From Escherichia phage CBA6: 28,906 bases of DNA. The notes below the pieces were generated by a model that saw only the letters and a program-made list of their open reading frames with translations, made no database searches and was not told where the DNA came from. The DNA is taken from sequence record KM389305.1; one strand, given 5' to 3'. This document shows positions 8,531 through 16,328 of this stretch, one piece after another. The translations under genes were made by a program, and so were the position numbers. How positions within the stretch are numbered: position 1 is the first letter of the stretch; each line of letters opens with the position of its first letter.

Positions 8531-9192
8531 TGGAAATCGTTGTCTCTGTATCTGATTGTGAATTTGTGTACCGTGTCCTTCAAGGGGATGCACCTTTGCC
8601 GGAAAATAATCAAGAAGTGACATTGTTTTGGTCAGGCGGCGTGGATAGCACATACATGTTGGTTTGGTTATTATCGAAAGGTTATTCGGTTCATACTGTG
8701 TATTGCCATCTGGAAAATAATAATTTCAAATCCAAACGTGAGAATTGTGCGCGAAATAAAATTTATAATTGGATCAACAAGAATGCTCCGCTTCTTATGC
8801 ATCGTTGGACTCATCACCAAGAACCGATTAGTAGCATTCACGTGCCGGACGGCGGGTTTCGTGCGTGTTTAGCACAAGCCCCGATATGGTTATTAAACAC
8901 ACAATTTAAGGGCCGGAGTTTGCCTCCCACATACATATTGGCATATGTCAACGGGGACGACGCGATCCACTGGATCCCAGCTTTCAATAAGGTCATCGAA
9001 GGATACAATATGATGACAAGAGACGGGGAAAGGCCAATTGAAATTTTATATCCTTTGATTAGTCTCAAAAAATCATGGTTTTATCACCATATGTCTCCAA
9101 TACATGGTTTGATGACGTGGTGTGAAATGCCAATTTTGAGAAAAGACTGTAATTGCCCTGCATGTACCCGCCATCGCTATGAGTTATCATAG
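8530..9192 (+). CDS. PP-loop ATP pyrophosphatase, QueC-like (7-cyano-7-deazaguanine synthase family)
   Basis: PP-loop TLFWSGGVDSTYMLVWLL; C-terminal four-Cys cluster TWCEMPILRKDCNCPACTRHR matching the QueC zinc-site pattern; about 220 aa as in QueC. Confidence 0.55.
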   Translation: MEIVVSVSDCEFVYRVLQGDAPLPENNQEVTLFWSGGVDSTYMLVWLLSKGYSVHTVYCHLENNNFKSKRENCARNKIYNWINKNAPLLMHRWTHHQEPISSIHVPDGGFRACLAQAPIWLLNTQFKGRSLPPTYILAYVNGDDAIHWIPAFNKVIEGYNMMTRDGERPIEILYPLISLKKSWFYHHMSPIHGLMTWCEMPILRKDCNCPACTRHRYELS

Positions 9193-9205
9193 GTGAGATG
9201 AGAAG

Positions 9206-9547
9206 ATGAAACCATCTGTTGTGGTGAATGATATCACCATATTGATAAATCTGATCAAGGACATTTTCCCACAACAGGTGGATGTTGAGTATGTGGGAAA
9301 GAACGGGAAGTGCTATCAAGTCGCCCTGGTTCTCAAACACGTATATCCTCAGGCAGAGATTCATTACAGCCAGATTGAAGGGCATGTGTATACTCTTATC
9401 GACGGGAATTATTACGATATCGATGGTATCCATTTCAGTGTTCCTCCAGATACTTGTTTGTTGGATCACAACAGAGGCCATAAACCCCACCGCTGGCATA
9501 AAGGGTTTGTAGGCATCCCAATATTAGAATGGATGAGGAGGCCATAA
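9206..9547 (+). CDS. hypothetical protein
   Basis: 113-aa ORF; His-rich C-terminus [11 protein letters not shown]; no family assigned. Confidence 0.45.
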   Translation: MKPSVVVNDITILINLIKDIFPQQVDVEYVGKNGKCYQVALVLKHVYPQAEIHYSQIEGHVYTLIDGNYYDIDGIHFSVPPDTCLLDHNRGHKPHRWHKGFVGIPILEWMRRP

Positions 9548-9548
9548 A

Positions 9549-10109
9549 ATGGCAGGAATTGTCAAGTACCTTGGTGACACTCACCTCGGGCATAAAAAAG
9601 TCTTTAAACCTCGTGGATTCGATACTCAAGAATCCCATGATGCTGCGGTTATAGACAGCATATTCCAAGGGCTGAAATCTCGGGATGTCCTTGAACTGGC
9701 GGGGGACATCTGCTTTATCGGCGCTGAGGGGTTCATACGCCTGATGCGCGAAGGAGCCAAGCGGAACATTGATGAGTTCAAGCGCCGCCCCGTTCCCGAT
9801 GAATGGCGTCCGAACTTTATCATCAGGGTGGCACAGGGCAACCACGACAGTTTCAAAATGTTAATGCGGTTGTATCTGGAGGGCTGGATTACATCCTTTG
9901 GTGCCATGTATGAGCGGGATACTTCTGTCGGTCGGATTCTGACTACACACGTTCCGTATCAATTAGATCGTTGGGCGTATAATATCCACGGACATCTTCA
10001 CGAAAAGATCCGCGAAGAACGTGAATATCTGAACTGCAGCTGGGAACAATTCAAACGACCTGTTACTCTAGCTGAATTGTTATACACAAATTTAGGAATC
10101 ATATTATGA
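9549..10109 (+). CDS. metallophosphoesterase (calcineurin-like, small MJ0936/YfcE-type phosphodiesterase)
   Basis: Metal-binding motifs in canonical order: [32 protein letters not shown]. Confidence 0.65.
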   Translation: MAGIVKYLGDTHLGHKKVFKPRGFDTQESHDAAVIDSIFQGLKSRDVLELAGDICFIGAEGFIRLMREGAKRNIDEFKRRPVPDEWRPNFIIRVAQGNHDSFKMLMRLYLEGWITSFGAMYERDTSVGRILTTHVPYQLDRWAYNIHGHLHEKIREEREYLNCSWEQFKRPVTLAELLYTNLGIIL

Positions 10110-10438
10110 GAATATTCTTTCCTGGACAAAAGGTTCCCGAAGAAATAGAAAAGGTCGAGTTGTTCGGTTATAAAAGCGGTGATCCGTTCCTGCGATTTTC
10201 TTCACCATGTATTGTAAAGCGCAATCGCGACGGGCATTATGTGCGCCCAATCATTCTCATGGGTTCTGTCATGACGCTGAGAGCTAAAACGGATTCGGTT
10301 GTTATTACTGGAAGTCCCAACATACCCAATGGAAAGACTACGCTAAATTGCAAGCCTATCCTGTCGTCTTGGATGTTAATTGGATTTCTATCTGTAGTCC
10401 TGTCTTATCGTTACCTTACTGACTTGGGGATCTTATGA
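10106..10438 (+). CDS. hypothetical tail-anchored membrane protein
   Basis: ATGA overlap with the upstream gene; C-terminal hydrophobic helix [17 protein letters not shown]. Confidence 0.45.
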   Translation: MRIFFPGQKVPEEIEKVELFGYKSGDPFLRFSSPCIVKRNRDGHYVRPIILMGSVMTLRAKTDSVVITGSPNIPNGKTTLNCKPILSSWMLIGFLSVVLSYRYLTDLGIL

Positions 10439-10785
10439 AAAAGCCAAGAATCACAGGACATCAACTCTGTGTCCTTCTGGGAATGCTGAATTTTGAAACC
10501 CATGATGATCGACGCCTTTGTCATTGGTATTTCAATCCGAAGTCTTGGACGAATGAAAAGGGCAATACAGTATGGACATTCCATGCCCCTCCGATTGCTG
10601 GTGGGTTTCGTTCTGTAAAAGGTGATCCGTGGGATACACGTTCAGGGCAATCATTATTATCTAAAGGTCTGATCGAACCTGCGTTCACTATGGTTCATGA
10701 TGACTCTGAAGAGTATAAGCATTGGCCGAAATCAGAAGTAACGTTCTACCGCCTGACTGAACTTGGACGAGCTTGTACTGAATAA
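10435..10785 (+). CDS. hypothetical protein (last gene of cassette)
   Basis: 116-aa ORF with ATGA overlap to the upstream gene; followed by a terminator. Confidence 0.45.
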   Translation: MKKPRITGHQLCVLLGMLNFETHDDRRLCHWYFNPKSWTNEKGNTVWTFHAPPIAGGFRSVKGDPWDTRSGQSLLSKGLIEPAFTMVHDDSEEYKHWPKSEVTFYRLTELGRACTE

Positions 10786-10803
10786 TAATTTATTTTATTG
10801 AAG

Positions 10804-10834
10804 AAGGGGAAGGTATACTTCCCCTTAATTTATT
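10804..10834 (+). terminator. rho-independent terminator
   Basis: AAGGGGA-AGGTATACT-TCCCCTT stem-loop followed by AATTTATT. Confidence 0.55.
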
Positions 10835-10847
10835 GGGAGAGACAAAC

Positions 10848-11165
10848 ATGATTTCATTAAAAGAAATGTACGAACGCCTCGAAGAACTGAAATCTAAAGA
10901 ACGTCTGTATTCAGAAGAGAATGCAGAAATGTCAGATCTTATCGAAAAAATTGCGTTGCGTGAAAAGTATCTTCAACGTTATATCAATCATCCACCTCAT
11001 ATGGTTGAGCGCATGTCTACAATTCTCGAATTGGACAACAGCGGTGTAACAGGCAAAGACCTGATTGTCAAAGAGATTCATTCCATGGTGTCCCTCGGTC
11101 AGATCTTTGGCCGTGCCGACCAGGATGACATGATCTTTTTACTTGAAAAGGCTCTGGTAAAATAA
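10848..11165 (+). CDS. hypothetical protein
   Basis: ORF 10833-11165; start at ATG 10848 (MISLKE) is preferred because GGGAGAG lies upstream; helical charged protein. Confidence 0.45.
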   Translation: MISLKEMYERLEELKSKERLYSEENAEMSDLIEKIALREKYLQRYINHPPHMVERMSTILELDNSGVTGKDLIVKEIHSMVSLGQIFGRADQDDMIFLLEKALVK

Positions 11166-11686
11166 TGGCTATCAAACCACGTATGATGTTTGCTCATATG
11201 CGATCAGCTGCAGCATATGGAGTAACCAGTTATGCTCGGCGTCTGCAAGTCGGTTGTGTTATCGTAAACCCTGAAACTGATCAGCCTGTGGCTATCGGAT
11301 GGAACGGAACGCCTCCTGGCATGCCGAATGTTTGTGAGATGGAACAACACGGGCAAATTGTTACAAACCCGTGTGTCGTTCATGCGGAGGAAAATGCTCT
11401 AATGCGTATCCCCGAAAATGCAGATGATTTCACAGGGTTGGTTATGTTTGTGACACATAGTCCTTGCCCTAATTGCACTCAAAAGATAATAGATAGCGGT
11501 AAAATCGATAAAGTATATTATCGTGAGCCATATCGTATTATGGATGGAATCAAAAAATTGATGAACGCTGGAATTGAAGTTTATCGGATGGTAGACGATA
11601 TGGCGATTCTTCAGCATGTTTTCGACTATCAAGGAGAAGTCGGATACGAACAAATCTTATCTAATCCTGACAAAGTAAGGAATTAA
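11165..11686 (+). CDS. cd: dCMP deaminase (deoxycytidylate deaminase)
   Basis: Zinc-binding CDA-fold motifs VVHAEENALM and HSPCPNCTQKI. Confidence 0.85.
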   Translation: MAIKPRMMFAHMRSAAAYGVTSYARRLQVGCVIVNPETDQPVAIGWNGTPPGMPNVCEMEQHGQIVTNPCVVHAEENALMRIPENADDFTGLVMFVTHSPCPNCTQKIIDSGKIDKVYYREPYRIMDGIKKLMNAGIEVYRMVDDMAILQHVFDYQGEVGYEQILSNPDKVRN

Positions 11687-11687
11687 A

Positions 11688-12095
11688 ATGCGTTACGTCG
11701 ACCGTATGCTGAGCGAAAATGAATATGTGGTTGCATTCACTCGTCCGACTTGGTGGAGTGGATTCTGGATTTATGTTCTCGTCGCTTTAACGATTATTCC
11801 AACATTTGGTTTCAGTTTGTTATTCCTGATCCCAACTATCTTGAATGTGATGACCACAGAATTCGCAGTCACCAACAAACGGGTTATCGTAAAACGAGGG
11901 TTTATCCGCCGTGATGCTGATGAACTTCGCCTGGGAAAAGTTGAGACCATCAAAGTGGATCAGTCCATCACAGGCCGTATTCTCAGATTTTCAACGATCA
12001 GTGTCATCGGGACAGGCGGTACTCGTTTGCTGGCCACAGGTTGTGCAAAAGGGAATGAGTTCCGTCAAAAAATTTACGAACGCCTGGTGGATTAA
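11688..12095 (+). CDS. membrane protein with bacterial PH-like (bPH) domain
   Basis: Two N-terminal hydrophobic helices followed by a bPH-like segment VTNKRVIVKRGFIRRDADELRLGKVETIKVDQSITGRIL. Confidence 0.5.
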   Translation: MRYVDRMLSENEYVVAFTRPTWWSGFWIYVLVALTIIPTFGFSLLFLIPTILNVMTTEFAVTNKRVIVKRGFIRRDADELRLGKVETIKVDQSITGRILRFSTISVIGTGGTRLLATGCAKGNEFRQKIYERLVD

Positions 12096-12314
12096 ATGAT
12101 TACCGCAGGATACACATTAGATTTGTATTGTGAATGCGTGGAATGCAAATCTTGTGATTGGGCTTGGCAAGAGCACCACCCAAGATGCGGTATGAAGTCT
12201 TATGCTGGTGAAACTTGGGCTGATTGTGCTAGACAAGCCCGTTCGGAAGGATGGGTGATATGCAGGGACAAACAAACTTGTTTTGCCCCTGGACATCCAA
12301 GGAAATCAGGGTAA
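12096..12314 (+). CDS. small Cys-rich protein (putative zinc-binding)
   Basis: 72 aa with 8 Cys including CECVECKSC; start directly follows the upstream stop. Confidence 0.4.
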   Translation: MITAGYTLDLYCECVECKSCDWAWQEHHPRCGMKSYAGETWADCARQARSEGWVICRDKQTCFAPGHPRKSG

Positions 12315-12926
12315 CAACAAACCGTCATCTTCAGGTTTTGTCGTTTGTTTGTTGGAAGTTTCCTTTTTCATCTGCTCTTTCAACGCATTAATTCTTTGAG
12401 CGCGGCGTCGATCTTCCATTTCGACCTCGCGCTTTTTCTTAGAACGTAGCGCAAATTGTTTTTTAACTTCAGGATCTTCTCCTGGTACCAAATGCTCTTC
12501 CGTCCAAATAATGAATTTCCAACCAACTTTAGCACAATGCTCTTTGGTGGCGGTCCACTTCGCTTGGTTCACCAGCCATGTACGCATCGAATTATTGAAC
12601 GTTGATTCCTTCATCGTTTTTGTTTTTCGGGGTTCTTTAATTTGGTCTTTGGGTTTTATTTCAATAAGGGTTATCTGTAACTCTTCAGAGTCTTGTCGAC
12701 GAGTCCATACTTTCAAATCCATAAAATAGCGGTGGGCGCGACCATCAACTGGAGAGATATATGGGATTACGGTTTCTTCGGATGACCAATAAACAATAGC
12801 AGGATTCATATCACAGAATTTGAAGGCGACAAGTTCTAGTGATGAACGAAAAACTATTTTGTTCACATCGCCTTTATATTTCTTGGGATTTACGGGAACA
12901 TACTTCCCCTGCAAATACATAGCCAT
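12306..12926 (-). CDS. head-completion protein gp4-like, with a PD-(D/E)xK nuclease-type signature and a charged C-terminal extension
   Basis: AGGA SD 7 nt before the ATG; motifs YKGDVNKIVFRSSLE, HRYFMDLKV and LIEIKPK (D...E-x-K) resemble gp4 and T7 endonuclease I as recalled from memory; Lys/Arg/Glu-rich C-terminal 50 aa. Confidence 0.45.
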   Translation of the reverse strand: MAMYLQGKYVPVNPKKYKGDVNKIVFRSSLELVAFKFCDMNPAIVYWSSEETVIPYISPVDGRAHRYFMDLKVWTRRQDSEELQITLIEIKPKDQIKEPRKTKTMKESTFNNSMRTWLVNQAKWTATKEHCAKVGWKFIIWTEEHLVPGEDPEVKKQFALRSKKKREVEMEDRRRAQRINALKEQMKKETSNKQTTKPEDDGLLLP

Positions 12927-12978
12927 ATTCTAGTCCTAAATAGTGTCATTACTCTATTCTAATTAAGGGCTTCAGACC

Positions 12979-13947
12979 ATGGCGAATTTCAAGTCGACCA
13001 TCGATAAGATCAAAGTTCTGAACACAAAAGGCTTGGCCAAGTCTCAGAAGCAATTGGTCTATCCATTAGACATAACAGGGGGTAAAACCCTCGGCCATTA
13101 TGTTCTATTCAACATCAACCGAATATCTGGTTATTCATATGGGGACACCACAACCCAAACCGTCGAAAATCCGATACAAAATCCATTGGGTAAGACTCCT
13201 GTGGTTTATGGTTCTAAATCGGGGTCTATTAGCAAATATGCTTGGGCGCGTCATGTCCGCTCTAACGAGTCAATTGTGTTGTGTATGCCCGAATCCATTA
13301 CAACCAACTATGGCGTTGGCTGGAACGGCTCCGAGTTGGGATTAGCAGGTATGGGTGCCCAATTCTTATCACGCGCCGTCCAAGATATGAGTCAATTCAA
13401 ACTTGGGGATGCTTTGAATGTTGGGAAAGAAATGGGGAGATTTGCGGCAACAAAGGCCATTCAATCTGCTTCGGAAGCAATTCCTTTCTTGCCGACAATT
13501 AATGCTCATGATACATTAGAATTGTTTACAGGTACGATGACCAACCCGTATGTGGAGATGATTTTCCAAGGGGTGCGCAACCGAGAAATCCCGTTCACAT
13601 TCAAATTCACTCCAAGATCGCAAAAAGAGGCGAAAATGGTGCGGGAGATTATCCGTTTATTCAAGATGCACATGTATCCAGAATACAAATACAACAAGAA
13701 TTCCAGCGCATTCTATCTTCATCCATCCACGTTTGATATCACGTTCATGGTGCAGGGGGAACGCAATAAATGGTTACATCGAATATCGACTTGTGTTTTG
13801 TCAAACATGTTTGTAAACGAGACGCCGGATTCTTCATATGCTGTCCACAAAGATGACAGCATCGTGTCGACACAAATCGACATGACGTTTATAGAACTAG
13901 AACCGTTGCACAAAGGCCGCTTTGATACCGAAGGCGACAGCTTCTAA
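12979..13947 (+). CDS. virion structural protein, possibly baseplate tail-tube cap/initiator (gp48/gp54-like)
   Basis: 322 aa, first gene of a plus-strand late block; assignment rests on size, position and beta-rich composition only. Confidence 0.3.
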   Translation: MANFKSTIDKIKVLNTKGLAKSQKQLVYPLDITGGKTLGHYVLFNINRISGYSYGDTTTQTVENPIQNPLGKTPVVYGSKSGSISKYAWARHVRSNESIVLCMPESITTNYGVGWNGSELGLAGMGAQFLSRAVQDMSQFKLGDALNVGKEMGRFAATKAIQSASEAIPFLPTINAHDTLELFTGTMTNPYVEMIFQGVRNREIPFTFKFTPRSQKEAKMVREIIRLFKMHMYPEYKYNKNSSAFYLHPSTFDITFMVQGERNKWLHRISTCVLSNMFVNETPDSSYAVHKDDSIVSTQIDMTFIELEPLHKGRFDTEGDSF

Positions 13948-13953
13948 GGAGAA

Positions 13954-14379
13954 ATGATGAAACTCTTATTTGTTGCATTGTTATTCTCTACAGCGTGTCA
14001 TGCTTCAGTGACTTACATCGGTGATTCTATCGCACATGGTTACAAGATAGCAAACAACGGGCAAGGGATAACAAAGATTGGTGCGAGTCCGAGGTCCGTC
14101 TTGAATATGTTAGAAATATCTGATCCGGCTGACACTTTAGTGCTGTCAACAGGGGCATCTAACGATTGCGGTGACATTGATCAAATCAATCAAAATATTG
14201 ACTTTGCTATTTCCAAATTCAAAATGGTATATGTGATGGACGCTCCGCACTGCCCAACGAAAGTGAGAACAGACATATTTCAAAAATGTACTGGTGGTCG
14301 TTGTACTGTTTTATACTTTGTTCCAGGGAAGGACGGCACTCACCCTCGATCATATAACAAACTGGAGCTGATGCCATGA
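13954..14379 (+). CDS. secreted SGNH/GDSL-family esterase (small)
   Basis: N-terminal signal peptide MMKLLFVALLFSTACHA; SGNH blocks in order: YIGDSIAHGY (block I), LSTGASNDCG (block III), GKDGTHPRS (block V, DxxH); GGAG SD upstream. Confidence 0.55.
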   Translation: MMKLLFVALLFSTACHASVTYIGDSIAHGYKIANNGQGITKIGASPRSVLNMLEISDPADTLVLSTGASNDCGDIDQINQNIDFAISKFKMVYVMDAPHCPTKVRTDIFQKCTGGRCTVLYFVPGKDGTHPRSYNKLELMP

Positions 14380-14933
14380 AATATTTTGAGAAATTTCCAC
14401 TCGTGTGGCATCAATTAATTGGTGTCAAAGAGGATGACCAAGTCCTGTTGCAGAACTTAACACGACGGGTTATGGTTATTAAGAAAATTAGGGACATAGA
14501 AGGGCTTCTCCTGCCGTATACTGTTTTTGATGGGGAAACCCCAAGGTCTTTTGCCGAACGCGTCTACGGTTCCTTCGAGCTGTTTTGGATCCCATGTCTT
14601 ATCAATGGTATCATGGACATCGCAGAGGACTGGCCGAAACCGGAGCGCCGTATCATTGAAGAACTGACTGCTCGATACGGCCTTGACGGAATGTGGGATG
14701 TGAAATACTATGTTGACGAATTCGGTCATGAAACAGATCCTAGAGCAATACGTTTAGCATATGGCCTTGGTTCTATGGATGATTCCACGATTATCGCCAA
14801 CTATGGTCTGACAGGTATTACATATCATGATGATGCTATAAACAAAAACGAAGCCAAACGGAATATTCAGGTTCTAGACCCAGATTATGTTTCTTCCTTT
14901 GTTAATCAGCTGGAACAGGAGCTGACCAAATGA
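14376..14933 (+). CDS. baseplate-associated protein (gp53/gp28-like, uncertain)
   Basis: 185 aa with ATGA coupling on both sides inside the baseplate block; family not established. Confidence 0.3.
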   Translation: MKYFEKFPLVWHQLIGVKEDDQVLLQNLTRRVMVIKKIRDIEGLLLPYTVFDGETPRSFAERVYGSFELFWIPCLINGIMDIAEDWPKPERRIIEELTARYGLDGMWDVKYYVDEFGHETDPRAIRLAYGLGSMDDSTIIANYGLTGITYHDDAINKNEAKRNIQVLDPDYVSSFVNQLEQELTK

Positions 14934-16318
14934 TCGAAAATAAAGAATCCCAGGACGGAATTTTAACTCCGTCCACAACATTTGATTTGAAATATATGGC
15001 GATATTACCACACACGCCTGAAGGCGGTACTCCCAAGCCTTATGACCTTTCATCGTTGTTTCAAGAATTCAACGTATATCAGGATCTTGGTCTGGAAGGG
15101 AATGCTTCACCGTCGCTGACAGCTAATATTCTGATCAAAGAAGGCTGGGATATATTGGATACAATGCCAATCCTCGGAGGTGAGGAAGTAGTGGTATCGT
15201 TCAAATCACCTGCGGCTTCTGATTACACTACGCTTTCATTGCGAGTCAGTCGGGTAGGGAGAGTTGCTGATGAATCGAACTCTTCTTCGAAAAAGGCATT
15301 CTGGTTACACTTGGTGACAACAGACGCGTATCGAGATAGCATGTTGCGTAAATCTCTTGGATTAAGCGGTTCTTATTCTGAGATGGCAGCTAAGATCTTT
15401 GAGCAACTGAATTCACGCACCAAATTTGAAGACATAGATCCTTCATATGGGATACAAGAAAGGTTCGCTACCCCTCTTTGGCCTGTACTCCGCTCCATAG
15501 ATTATATGGCCAGCCGTGCATATGACGAATTATTCATGCCATTCGTTTTCTATGAAGACTTTACGGGTTATCACTTCAAAAGCATGACGACGTTGTTCAA
15601 CCAGGGCAACCAGTCTATGACTGCTGAAGAGAAGCAAGAGGCTTCTATTGAAAAGAAATTCTTCCGAGACCCTCAAGACGCGCCGTTGATGCAGGATAAC
15701 AATTTCAACTCAGAACGTTTCATGCGGACTATAATCAAGGCTGAAAAGAAACTGGCGCGTGATCAATACATGGCGAATTATCGGGATATCTTGGCAGTGA
15801 ACGAGCGCGTGTATGACTTTAGTACAAAATCCACGACAGCGACCCAACGCATTTATTCAGAATGGTTTGACAGCACTGCTCACCTTGATCCTTTCCCTTT
15901 GTTCTCTGATCAATTCGACCGCGAGAACGTTAGGTACATTGAAGCGCAACCGGATGGTGCCGAACAAATAGATTACGCACGACGCGTTATAGAATTCAGC
16001 CTCGCGTCAACGGTTATGCGTTTGCTGGTCGTGGGGGATAACCGTCTGAATGTTGGGCAGGTTTATTATATTGAAGATTTGTCTAACCGCCCTAAATCTA
16101 ATGAAAACATTGCCGAGTTAAGTAAGTTATCAACAGGCCATTATATCGTCACAAAGATACGCCACAAGATTTCACGCCTGACAAATGATTATCAATGCGT
16201 CGCTGAGATTGCCAAAGATAGTATGATCCAGAAGGTCTTACCGCCTCAGACTGGTCAAACTGTGGCTTCTACACCAACTCCGACGCCAATAGAGAAAGGA
16301 CAAGCCCAGAAGGTCTGA
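14930..16318 (+). CDS. baseplate hub protein (gp27-like, uncertain)
   Basis: 462 aa directly upstream of the tape-measure-like gene; no lysozyme or beta-helix repeats, so unlikely to be gp5. Confidence 0.3.
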   Translation: MIENKESQDGILTPSTTFDLKYMAILPHTPEGGTPKPYDLSSLFQEFNVYQDLGLEGNASPSLTANILIKEGWDILDTMPILGGEEVVVSFKSPAASDYTTLSLRVSRVGRVADESNSSSKKAFWLHLVTTDAYRDSMLRKSLGLSGSYSEMAAKIFEQLNSRTKFEDIDPSYGIQERFATPLWPVLRSIDYMASRAYDELFMPFVFYEDFTGYHFKSMTTLFNQGNQSMTAEEKQEASIEKKFFRDPQDAPLMQDNNFNSERFMRTIIKAEKKLARDQYMANYRDILAVNERVYDFSTKSTTATQRIYSEWFDSTAHLDPFPLFSDQFDRENVRYIEAQPDGAEQIDYARRVIEFSLASTVMRLLVVGDNRLNVGQVYYIEDLSNRPKSNENIAELSKLSTGHYIVTKIRHKISRLTNDYQCVAEIAKDSMIQKVLPPQTGQTVASTPTPTPIEKGQAQKV

Positions 16319-16328
16319 GAGGTGACAA

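Noticed and set aside
9065-9845. Minus-strand ORFs of 144 and 136 aa overlapping cassette genes
   Set aside because: Overlap the QueC-like and metallophosphoesterase frames, which carry clear catalytic motifs; no coupling or SD signals on the minus strand
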